Part shown: positions 33,063 through 41,821 of the stretch, in pieces
Layout: each line of letters starts with the position of its first letter
Position numbering within the stretch: the stretch's first letter is position 1
Source of the DNA: Acutalibacteraceae bacterium
GTDB lineage: Bacteria > Bacillota > Clostridia > Oscillospirales > CAG-272
Direction of reading: 5' to 3'
DNA: 64,000 nt
NCBI GenBank assembly: GCA_963618495.1
Contig: CAVESF010000008.1
Location: 2,749-66,748 of the forward strand
Program-made: the position numbers and the translations under genes
The notes under the pieces: generated by a model
What the model was told of the DNA's origin: nothing
Database searches by the model: none
What the model saw: only the letters and a program-made list of their open reading frames with translations

Positions 33063-35207
33063 TTAGTTGGAACGGTAGGAAATCTCTGTAATGATATCCG
33101 TTACAAAGCTTACCATTCGCTGAATAAGGTTCGTGAAAAGCATTATCAGGAAGACAATAAACATCATCGCCACGATAGTGAATATCGTCATACCTATATT
33201 TACGCCCATGGAATATCCGTGGGTTGTCATTATACCGAAGAAGAGAAGCATGCCCGTCCATACAAATGCGATACCTGTGAAGAGAGAGATGAATGTCTTC
33301 TCATCGAGGGTTGCAAAGTTGGAAACGATGGTTACGGGGATGAAGAACACGGGGATGGGCATGAGTGAATAGCTGGACGCTATGAAAATGTCCTTGAGTG
33401 TACCTTCGCCGTCGAAAAGTGTTGTCAGGCACCAGTTTGCTACGCACCAGAGGAGGAGCGGAGCAACTACTGTGCTGATGCCGCCGAAGATAGAGCCTGT
33501 AGCGTTGCCGCCGCTGCCGGAATAGAGATAACCGGAGCCGACATTGTTATAAGCAACGGAAAGTGCGGCGAGAATTACGATGAAGATAGAGGCGCGAACC
33601 GAGCCGCGTTTTTCATGCTTCAGATCCCAGTAGCCGTCGAAAGGATGCATCATCACATAGAATGCGTAAAGCACTTCTTCCTTGAAAGTTCTCTTTCCGC
33701 TCTTGGCTGTGGCGTTCTTGTTTACCTTGGCTGCATAGCCGAGTCCCTTTGCAAGGAGGAAGAGCGCGGCAACAATGATGGCAACGACAACGAGGAAGTA
33801 TTTGCCTATCCATTCTCTGCGCAGAGCCTTGTAGGAATCGGAGTAGTTTGCCGTAGAATTTGCTGTCTTGAAAAACTTCATTGCCTCTTCGTAATCGCCC
33901 TGCTGATGGAGGTTTCTGCCCACGCCGACATAAGCTGCATCGAAGTTGTTGTTTCTCTTCAGGATTTCTCTCCAGTTTTCGAGAGCCGAAGAATAGATTC
34001 TCAGTCTGTTGTAGTAGAGAGCGTTGTCAATGACATCGCCGTACTCCGTTCTCTTGTAGATGGTAATCGAGCTTGCCTCGGAGTCTACAACATAGAGGTC
34101 GGAGCCGAAGTATGCGAGAGCCGCGCCCTTCTTGAGGTTACCAAGCTGTGCGCCCTTGTCGCCGAAAGCGAAGAGCAGGTTGCCCTCGGAATCGTATGTG
34201 TAAATCTTGGAGCGCTTTTCATCGAGTATCGACCACATTCCGTTCGGACCGATAGCGACATCCACTATCGAGGAAGGACCTGTGATAACATCACTGCTGC
34301 TACTCTTTGTCGAGCTGTGATCAAAGCTGATTTCACCGGCAGGAATGAAGAAGCCGTTTCGCGTCGTGATATCGTCGCCCGCGGAGTTCATTCTCTTTAC
34401 GGGAGCGTAGTCCGCATTATTGCTTTCGATAGCGCTGATAAGGTCTGCATCATCCATACTGTTTGATGTAACCCAGATATAGCCCTCGTCGTCGAGCGCG
34501 AGGTTGTTGTACTCAGGAGAGATATAGGAAATGGAAACCGTATTCGGGAAGAGCATACGGCGGATACGCATTGCGAGCGGCACGGAAACTTTCTGTGTAC
34601 CTACAAAGGTCTGGAAGTTGCCGTCCTCATCAAGTGCGAAAACGCCGGAATATGTTGCCGCGGAAACGACATACATTCTGCCCGAGTCGGATACGCCTAT
34701 CGCAACAGGTGTAAACACCGTATCTTCGCCCATGACATCCGCTGTCGGCGCGCCTATGGTGCGGACGAAGTTGCCGAGCAGGTCAAATACAACTATTCTT
34801 GCGTTCTGCTTATCGCAGACATAGATGTACTCATCGTTTACGAATGTACCCCTCGGCTCTGAAAGGCTGTCGGGAACCCCGTGCTCGTTATTGAATGTGG
34901 AAATTTCAAATCTGAATTTGAATTCGCTGTTGCAGACAACGATTCTGTTGTTGCCTGTATCGGAGAGGTATATATTCATATCCTTATCAATGAATATATC
35001 CTTCGGCTCCTTGAGCTCTGTATCAATTCCTATTTCATAGGAGGAAACCACTCTGTCCGGAACATATACATCAGGCGAAATGCGCGCCTGACCGGCTATC
35101 GAGTAAGTATATGTCGAATAAGGGGAAGCCGCCGCGAACATAGGGACTATCGAACCGAGAAGGAGCATCAGCATAAGTATGCAAAGAATTCTTGTTATTT
35201 TCTTCAT
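33063..35207 (-). CDS. Signal peptide + NHL-repeat beta-propeller + TPR-like segment + C-terminal Yip1-like multi-TM domain
   Basis: 714 aa. About six NHL-like blades are visible (IYLSDTGNNRIVV, IYVCDKQNARIVVFD, MYVVSAAT, IWVTSNS, IYTYDSEGNLLFAFG, LYVVDSEASSITIY). One TM helix lies near residue 470, followed by about 5 TM helices. Confidence 0.6.
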   Translation of the reverse strand: MKKITRILCILMLMLLLGSIVPMFAAASPYSTYTYSIAGQARISPDVYVPDRVVSSYEIGIDTELKEPKDIFIDKDMNIYLSDTGNNRIVVCNSEFKFRFEISTFNNEHGVPDSLSEPRGTFVNDEYIYVCDKQNARIVVFDLLGNFVRTIGAPTADVMGEDTVFTPVAIGVSDSGRMYVVSAATYSGVFALDEDGNFQTFVGTQKVSVPLAMRIRRMLFPNTVSISYISPEYNNLALDDEGYIWVTSNSMDDADLISAIESNNADYAPVKRMNSAGDDITTRNGFFIPAGEISFDHSSTKSSSSDVITGPSSIVDVAIGPNGMWSILDEKRSKIYTYDSEGNLLFAFGDKGAQLGNLKKGAALAYFGSDLYVVDSEASSITIYKRTEYGDVIDNALYYNRLRIYSSALENWREILKRNNNFDAAYVGVGRNLHQQGDYEEAMKFFKTANSTANYSDSYKALRREWIGKYFLVVVAIIVAALFLLAKGLGYAAKVNKNATAKSGKRTFKEEVLYAFYVMMHPFDGYWDLKHEKRGSVRASIFIVILAALSVAYNNVGSGYLYSGSGGNATGSIFGGISTVVAPLLLWCVANWCLTTLFDGEGTLKDIFIASSYSLMPIPVFFIPVTIVSNFATLDEKTFISLFTGIAFVWTGMLLFFGIMTTHGYSMGVNIGMTIFTIVAMMFIVFLIMLFTNLIQRMVSFVTDIITEISYRSN

Positions 35208-35226
35208 TATTATATATACCTCCTGC

Positions 35227-36111
35227 TCAGTCTTTCATACCGGAAGTAGACATCGTCTCGATAATGTTGCTCTGCGTGATAACGAATACCGCCACAGGAA
35301 CTATCATCATTACGACTGCGGAAGCCATGCCGACGCCGGCACGGGCGATACCGCTGGATACTATCTGAGAGATAGCATAGTTGAATGTCTTGTACTGTTC
35401 GCTCATTATATAAATGGAAGAACCTGTCTGCCACAGACCCTGGAAAGAGTAAACTATCAGAGTCAGCCATGCAGGCTTAACCATCGGCATTGCTATAGTC
35501 CAGTATGTGCGGATTTCGGATGCGCCGTCCAGTCTCGCGGATTCGAGAACCGTATCCGGAACGGAGGACTCCATAAACTGCATCATAAGGAACATACCGA
35601 GCGTACTGCCGCATGCGGGGATTATGATTGCCCAGTATGTATCGACGAGGTGAAGTGCGCTCATCGTCATGAAATTGACAACCGAGCCGACCGTCGCATG
35701 GAACATGAGCGCGAGTCTTACCATTTTCTGCAGAGCTTTTCTGCCGGGAAACTTTATCTTGGAAACGGCATATGCGGCAAGAGAACCGCACACAAGGTTA
35801 CCGAAAGTACCGCCGACGGAGATGAACACCGTATTGAATATGTATCTGGAAAAAGGAACCCACGAGTCTGTCATCGCTTTGAACATATCGGAAAAGTTTG
35901 AAAGAGTCGGGTTTGCGACATAGAATCTCGGGGGATACACCCAGAGCTCGTCAAGCGGCTTGAGCGACTGGATGATAGCGTAGTACATAGGGATAAACAT
36001 GAAGAGTCCGAAAAGCACGAGGAAGAAGGTTATACCCGCGTCGCCTCCGACGGAACGGTTAAGGACAACTTTATGATTTCTGGTTCTTAATTTTGTAACT
36101 TTTCTCGCCAT
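35227..36111 (-). CDS. Carbohydrate ABC transporter permease (MalG-like, CUT1), first pair
   Basis: 294 aa with the EAA loop ESARLDGASEIRTYWTIAMP. Confidence 0.88.
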   Translation of the reverse strand: MARKVTKLRTRNHKVVLNRSVGGDAGITFFLVLFGLFMFIPMYYAIIQSLKPLDELWVYPPRFYVANPTLSNFSDMFKAMTDSWVPFSRYIFNTVFISVGGTFGNLVCGSLAAYAVSKIKFPGRKALQKMVRLALMFHATVGSVVNFMTMSALHLVDTYWAIIIPACGSTLGMFLMMQFMESSVPDTVLESARLDGASEIRTYWTIAMPMVKPAWLTLIVYSFQGLWQTGSSIYIMSEQYKTFNYAISQIVSSGIARAGVGMASAVVMMIVPVAVFVITQSNIIETMSTSGMKD

Positions 36112-36112
36112 A

Positions 36113-37075
36113 TTACTGTCCCACCTTCGAAAGTATTTTCTTTACCAGCATGTTTGCGCCTATCATGATAAAGAAGAGTATTGTTGCTATAGCCGAAGCA
36201 TAGCCGACCTCAAATCGCTGACCGCCGTAGTCCTCGAGATGATGCATTATCGTATGAGCCGCGTAGTTTACGCTGGGGAAGCCCGCGAGCGTTGTAACTA
36301 TCGCGCCGAAACCAAATGACGATGTAATGGACATGATGGCACCGAAAAGAAGCTGCGGCTTCATATTCGGGAGCGTTATGTACCAGAGTTCCTGCCAACG
36401 GTTTCGTACACCGTCCACGGCACCCGCCTCAAACTGGTCCTTGCTGACCGTCTGCAGACCGCCGATGAACGAAAGGAACGAAACGCCGAGCGATGTCCAG
36501 AGGGCAACGACTATACAGAGCGGCATGACATATTTTGCATTCTGGAACCACTGTATAGGCTCGGTGATAACCTCCAGCTTAAGGAGGATGTAGTTTGCAT
36601 AGCCGTATGAGTCACCGCTGAAGAATACCATCCATACGGTGTAGATACCGCCCGAGATAGACGGTGCATAGAAGATAAGCGTTACAAACGACCTTATCTT
36701 CGGAGGAAGCTCGTTTATAAACCATGCGACGAGGAACGAGAGCAGGTATGAAACAGGTCCCGTTACAGCCGCGAAAATAAGCGTGTTCTGAACAGCCGTG
36801 AGGAATACATCGTCGTCCACGAAAAGACGGACATAGTTCTCAAAGAATACGAACTGCGGCGCTTCTATAAGGTTGAATATTGTAAAGCTGAAGAAAAGCG
36901 AGAGGATAACCGGACCTATCGTGAACAGTATGAACACGAAGTAGAAAGGAAAGCACATGATATACGCTGCGTAATTGCGCTTCATTTCTTTCAGTGTCCA
37001 CTGGAACATCGACATTTCCTTGCGGGAAACCGGCTTTTTGCCCATCTGCTTCTCAGCAACAGTTTCTGTAGACAT
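36113..37075 (-). CDS. Sugar ABC transporter permease (MalF-like, CUT1), first pair
   Basis: 320 aa with the EAA loop EAGAVDGVRNRWQELWYITLP. Confidence 0.88.
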   Translation of the reverse strand: MSTETVAEKQMGKKPVSRKEMSMFQWTLKEMKRNYAAYIMCFPFYFVFILFTIGPVILSLFFSFTIFNLIEAPQFVFFENYVRLFVDDDVFLTAVQNTLIFAAVTGPVSYLLSFLVAWFINELPPKIRSFVTLIFYAPSISGGIYTVWMVFFSGDSYGYANYILLKLEVITEPIQWFQNAKYVMPLCIVVALWTSLGVSFLSFIGGLQTVSKDQFEAGAVDGVRNRWQELWYITLPNMKPQLLFGAIMSITSSFGFGAIVTTLAGFPSVNYAAHTIMHHLEDYGGQRFEVGYASAIATILFFIMIGANMLVKKILSKVGQ

Positions 37076-37104
37076 TTGATTTTCTCCTTTATCAAGTATT
37101 TCTT

Positions 37105-37137
37105 CTCCGGAAAGCGGAAGTCTGCCGCTTTCCGGAG
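37105..37137 (-). other. Intercistronic 13-bp stem-loop between the binding-protein gene and the permease genes
   Basis: CTCCGGAAAGCGG / CCGCTTTCCGGAG. There is no T-tract afterwards, so it fits an mRNA-stabilising or partial-termination hairpin as seen in other ABC operons. Confidence 0.5.
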
Positions 37138-37144
37138 GTGTTGA

Positions 37145-40100
37145 TTAACCGAACAGGTCGTAATTTGAGGGAACGAAGAAGTTGCGCTTCAGCTCTGCTC
37201 TCTTTCTTTCCATCTCGCGGTTTATCGTATCGACATAACCGAGGAGCTCATCGCTCGGGTTTGCGCCGTTGTTATAAACCTCAAGGTAAGCAAAGTTTAC
37301 ATAGCGGGAGATGATGTAGCTTCCGGGCATTTCAGGCATACACTTGAGCACCTTGAACTGCTCGCTGAGCACCTTGGATTCGCTTGCCGACCATGACATC
37401 TCGGAGAATGCCTCGTAGTTTGCCGTAGCGTACTTGCCGGCAGGACCGAGAAGCGCTACCAGCTCGTTTGCGTATGCGCTCTGGATTTCCGTGCGCATCC
37501 ACCACTCCATGAATTTGAAGGCTGTGTTCTTCTTCTCTTCCGCATCTCTCATTACGACCATCGCCGTAACGGAGCCTATCGTTGTCTTGTCAACAGTGCC
37601 GTCTTCGCGGACAGTACCGGGGATATTTGTGAAGCCCCAGAGTCCGTTCAGCTCTGTTGCGAATATTGTGAACTGATTGTAGAATGTGATATAGTCAGCT
37701 ATGATTATCGGAATTTCGCCCGTTCTGAAACGGTTTGCCGCATCATAGGTCTTGGGAAATTTCTTGTGTGTGTAAAGCTCGCACATTTCGGTGAATGCAT
37801 CGAGCGCAACATCCGTATCATAAGATATCGTCGTGCCGCCGTTTGTATACAGCGTGCCGCCCTTCTGATAAAGGAAGATATTGAACATTTCGTTGTAGCC
37901 CATGCCGACTTCATAGTTGTTGGAAATGAGCGTTTCGGAAATGGTTTCGAATTCATCCCATGTTTCAGGTGCCTTCGTTATGCCGAGCTCCGCGAGGATG
38001 TCCTTTCTGTAGAACATGACGCTGAAGCTCTGTGTAAGCGGTATACCATAAACTGCCTTTTCGCCGTCGGGACTGTCGAGAGCGACAGTCAGAGGCGTCC
38101 ATGCGCTATCGTGGAATCTTCCTTTCAGCGTTTGGAAATCGTCGCAGTCATAGAGGTTTACAACCGCGCCGCGGACAGCATAGTTGATAACGGTAGAGGA
38201 AGGCTCCTCCATCATTATATCGGGACCTACGCCTGCGAACACCGCGGGAAGCAGTGCGCCTGCCGTAACAACTTTCATATTTACAGATATATTCGGCTCC
38301 ACCGATGAGAAGTTGTTGCTTACAAGGTCACGGATGAGCTGTGCGCGCTCACGGGAGATTGTGGTCCATACGGTAAGCTCCGTCATACCCTCGCCGACTT
38401 CAACTGCGCCGAACGAAGAGTTGTCGCGGAAGAAGCTCCATACGAAAGCGGAAACCTCAAAGCCGAAGTTTTCAAAGAAGTTGCCCTTCGCCTTGTATTC
38501 CTTCTTATCGAGTGTTGCCTCAGCGGGAGCGACTACGAGATAGTCCATTTTCAGAGTCTGCGATGTGACTGTATTGAGCCATGTGCCGAGGTTACCGATA
38601 TCGGTCTTGAGAGCAGTGAAGTTCTTGGCTATCTGACGCTCGCTGTTCTTGGACATCGTCTCGAGACGGCGTGCAATCTTTTCGAGTGTAGCCTGGTTCG
38701 AGCTGCCGCCGCCGGTAATCTGTTCAAAGCGTTTTGCGATATCAAAAAGCTCTGTGGAAAGCTCTCTCATTCTCTTTATTTCCGAAGGAATACGGGAATA
38801 GAACTTATAATCCTGATAAGAGTCCGGAGAAGGACCTGTTATCGAAAGTATCTTCAGATATATATTGTTTATCTCGGTAAGAGCTCTGCGTACCTCGGAT
38901 ATGATTCCGCCGAGCTCGCCGAGTGTAACCTCGAGAGAAAATGTGTGCGTTCCTTTTTCAAGATAAAAGTCAAAGGCTTCGCCGTCAACGCCGAGCGCAG
39001 AGAACTGCCAGTCGGAATTATAGATGAAGTTGACATTGTTTGCCTCATAAAACGGAATCTCGCCGTCTATGCGCAGGCGTCTCGACACGTAAAGACCCTG
39101 AACCACATTCTGAAGGAATCTGGAGTAGATTTTGTAGTATCCGTCCTCGGGAACAGTCACCGTCCACTCTATCCACTGACCCATGGTCGACCAGTTGGAG
39201 CCGCCGATTACATTGCAGAGAATGTAGCTTGCGTGCTGAGGGCTGTTTATTGAAGAAGAACGGTCGTTGTCCGGATAAAGCGTCTTGTCCGATGTGGCGC
39301 TCGCGTTTTCAGCCTCAATCTTTATCGGCGTGGCGGAAGTAGCGTTGTTCGGCTTTGAGTCGTTTAGCTTGCGGTACTCCTCGTATGTAAGCTCGTCTGT
39401 AACGGCTGTGAGGCGAATCTCATCCAGCACGACAGGCTCTCTCTGACCGGTAAGCGAAATCGTATTTTCGCCCGCCTTGAGGTAGAACCAGAAGTTGCCG
39501 TTGTTGTAGCCGGTCGGGTCGCTTACATAGTAGGTGCGCCATTCGGGCGCTTCATACTTCTGCGGACGAGCATCGTTGCCGCTTGCATCCTTATCAAAGA
39601 CGATATTGCCGTTTTCATCGTACTTGTATTCGTCCTTCCAGATTTTTGTCATCAGAAGGTTTCTTACCTCGGTGAAAGGAACTTCGCCGTTGATTCTGAG
39701 CGTTCTTTCTATGTTGCTCGCTTTCGCCTTTATCGGGTAGTAATCCCACTCGATGGCATAAAGTCCGTCCTCAGGCACGGTTACTTTGTACTCGACGGTA
39801 CCGATATCCGGCGTCTGGAGAACATCCTTTCTGCCGTCAAGCTCATCGAGCTTTTCAAAAGGCAGAGCGGCGTCCTTGTCGGTCATTCCCGAGGGATACG
39901 TGAAGCTTGTATATCCGGAAGCCTTTATTACGATGGGCTCGCCGGTATATCTCTTCATGCCGGAATATCTTGCGTAGTATGTGCTCCATGTGATGTCGTT
40001 AAGCTGCTCGAGCGCTTCCGCAAAGCTGTCCGACTCTGAACTTCCCGATGAAGTCGTGGTCGTATCAGCTGCAAAAAGCGTCGTCGCGCCGCATATCGTC

Positions 40101-40153
40101 ATGCACAGTGCAAGCGCAAAAGCAAGCAATCTTGTGAATTTCGATTTTTCCAT
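37145..40153 (-). CDS. Giant extracellular solute-binding protein: signal peptide, two CBM-like beta-sandwich modules, helical linker and a family-1 SBP domain
   Basis: The start is ATG 40151-40153 (MEKSKFTRLLAFALALCMTICGATTLFA) after AGGAGGATCC. Duplicated modules contain VTVPEDGLYAIEW...LRINGEVPF and VTVPEDGYYKIYS...LRIDGEIPF. The C-terminal ~430 aa look like a CUT1 binding protein. Confidence 0.7.
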   Translation of the reverse strand: MEKSKFTRLLAFALALCMTICGATTLFAADTTTTSSGSSESDSFAEALEQLNDITWSTYYARYSGMKRYTGEPIVIKASGYTSFTYPSGMTDKDAALPFEKLDELDGRKDVLQTPDIGTVEYKVTVPEDGLYAIEWDYYPIKAKASNIERTLRINGEVPFTEVRNLLMTKIWKDEYKYDENGNIVFDKDASGNDARPQKYEAPEWRTYYVSDPTGYNNGNFWFYLKAGENTISLTGQREPVVLDEIRLTAVTDELTYEEYRKLNDSKPNNATSATPIKIEAENASATSDKTLYPDNDRSSSINSPQHASYILCNVIGGSNWSTMGQWIEWTVTVPEDGYYKIYSRFLQNVVQGLYVSRRLRIDGEIPFYEANNVNFIYNSDWQFSALGVDGEAFDFYLEKGTHTFSLEVTLGELGGIISEVRRALTEINNIYLKILSITGPSPDSYQDYKFYSRIPSEIKRMRELSTELFDIAKRFEQITGGGSSNQATLEKIARRLETMSKNSERQIAKNFTALKTDIGNLGTWLNTVTSQTLKMDYLVVAPAEATLDKKEYKAKGNFFENFGFEVSAFVWSFFRDNSSFGAVEVGEGMTELTVWTTISRERAQLIRDLVSNNFSSVEPNISVNMKVVTAGALLPAVFAGVGPDIMMEEPSSTVINYAVRGAVVNLYDCDDFQTLKGRFHDSAWTPLTVALDSPDGEKAVYGIPLTQSFSVMFYRKDILAELGITKAPETWDEFETISETLISNNYEVGMGYNEMFNIFLYQKGGTLYTNGGTTISYDTDVALDAFTEMCELYTHKKFPKTYDAANRFRTGEIPIIIADYITFYNQFTIFATELNGLWGFTNIPGTVREDGTVDKTTIGSVTAMVVMRDAEEKKNTAFKFMEWWMRTEIQSAYANELVALLGPAGKYATANYEAFSEMSWSASESKVLSEQFKVLKCMPEMPGSYIISRYVNFAYLEVYNNGANPSDELLGYVDTINREMERKRAELKRNFFVPSNYDLFG

Positions 40154-40226
40154 TTGGATCCTCCTAAAAAGATGGGGTATATCACTTTCGTGACGCACAT
40201 ATTTTCTCTCTGAAATATGCCTTAAT

Positions 40227-40255
40227 ATAATATCATATAAGCGCCGCAAAGTCAA
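40227..40255 (-). promoter_or_regulatory. SigA-type promoter of the ABC/surface-protein operon
   Basis: On the minus strand: TTGACT (40250-40255), 17-nt spacer, TATTAT (40227-40232), about 70 nt upstream of the ATG. Confidence 0.55.
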
Positions 40256-40691
40256 GAAGCACAGAGCAAGGTTTTCCCGTGCAAAAAGGCTTTGCGGACG
40301 GCAAAACGGCGCTTTTTTCCGAACATTTTTGCCTCGGTGTCCGTTTTTTGCATTTTTCCGGCATTTTCGGATGAAAGTGCGGAGTTTTGCGCTTTTTTTG
40401 AGTTTTGTCGCCCGCCGCAACCGTGAGGTTGCACAAGTTTTGCAGAATTGCGATTTTTCTTTGATTTCGCCGCTTTTTCAGCCGTTTTTTGGCTTTTTTC
40501 GTCGTCAACCTGCAATTTGCAATTTATTTCCGCAACCGCAAATTGCTTTTTGCGATAAACTTTTGTCAGTGAAGTCCGTAAAAATACCCCTGACTTTATG
40601 TGCAATTTTCATAATTTCCGCCTGCGTTTTTTGACGCATTGTCATTTTTCACAAAAGTTTTCAATCGGTTTACTTTTAGTTTTAAAAATGT

Positions 40692-40727
40692 AAAAAAAAC
40701 AGGGCAAAACGACGATTTTAGCCCTGT
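40692..40727 (-). terminator. mnmA operon terminator
   Basis: ACAGGGC ... GCCCTGT hairpin flanked by A8 and T4 runs, so it looks bidirectional. It lies 70 nt after the mnmA stop. Confidence 0.65.
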
Positions 40728-40795
40728 TTTATATTAGAATATTAGATTTTCTTGTTTTTGCCGTCAAAATGCGTCGGGCAGACAAAGCCGCTTTT

Positions 40796-41821
40796 TCAGT
40801 CTATAAAACCGCCGAAAAGCACATCGTCTCCGTCATAGAAAACGGCGCTCTGACCCGGGGTTGCGGCGCGCACAGGCACCGCTGTTTTCACATATGCCCT
40901 GCCGTCCGAAACAGTCACCTCGGCGTCCACGGGCTTTGCAGCATAGCGCACCTTGACCTGCGCGCGGACAGTACCCTCAAAAGGCGCAAGCTTCGCGAAA
41001 TTGAGCGACGAGCAGGTAAATTCCGTGCTGAAAAGTGCGCTCTCATTCGATACAGTTATTGTATTGTTTTCGGCATCGATTCTCGATATGAATACGGGCT
41101 TTCCCGCAGAGATTCCGAGTCCCTTGCGCTGACCCACGGTATAGTGCGCTATGCCCTTGTGCCTGCCGAGAACCCTACCGTTTTCATCTATGAAATCGCC
41201 CTCGGGAAGCTTGCCGACAGCCGCCTCTATGAAAGCGGCATGGTCGCCGTCGGGGATGAAACAGATATCCTGACTCTCGCCCTCCGGCACATCTATCCCG
41301 CTCTTGCGCGCCAGTTCTTTCACTTCGCTTTTATTATCGGCAAAAAGCGGACAATAGAGCATGGAAAGCTCCTTCTGCGTGAGATTCCAGAAAACATAGC
41401 TCTGGTCTTTTCTTGCGTCCGCGCCCTTTTTTGGATAATATCTGCCGCTTTCCTCATCATAACCTATGCCGCAGTAATGTCCCGTGGCAATCTTCTCTGC
41501 GCCGATGCTCCCGGCAATGCGGCAAAGCTCCGCCATTTTCACATATCTGTTGCATAGCGTGCATGGATTCGGCGTTCTCGCGCGGCAGTATTCCGAGATG
41601 AAATTTTTCTTCACGCATTCGTCGAATTTCTCTCTGCAATCGACGATATGAAGCGGTATACCGAGTTTTTTTGCGTTAATCTCGGCAGGTAAGGTGTCGG
41701 TATGCTCGCTCATCACGAGTATCGCGCCCTCGACGTCATATCCCTCATTAAGCAAGCGGACGGCGCTGAATGTACTGTCAACGCCGCCGCTCATACCAAG
41801 CAGTATTTTTTTCTTACTCAT
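40796..41821 (-). CDS. mnmA: tRNA 2-thiouridine(34) synthase
   Basis: The start is ATG 41819-41821 (MSKKKILLGMSGGVDSTFSA, PP-loop), overlapping the iscU stop by 8 nt. The track ORF adds 48 unsupported codons. Confidence 0.93.
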   Translation of the reverse strand: MSKKKILLGMSGGVDSTFSAVRLLNEGYDVEGAILVMSEHTDTLPAEINAKKLGIPLHIVDCREKFDECVKKNFISEYCRARTPNPCTLCNRYVKMAELCRIAGSIGAEKIATGHYCGIGYDEESGRYYPKKGADARKDQSYVFWNLTQKELSMLYCPLFADNKSEVKELARKSGIDVPEGESQDICFIPDGDHAAFIEAAVGKLPEGDFIDENGRVLGRHKGIAHYTVGQRKGLGISAGKPVFISRIDAENNTITVSNESALFSTEFTCSSLNFAKLAPFEGTVRAQVKVRYAAKPVDAEVTVSDGRAYVKTAVPVRAATPGQSAVFYDGDDVLFGGFID

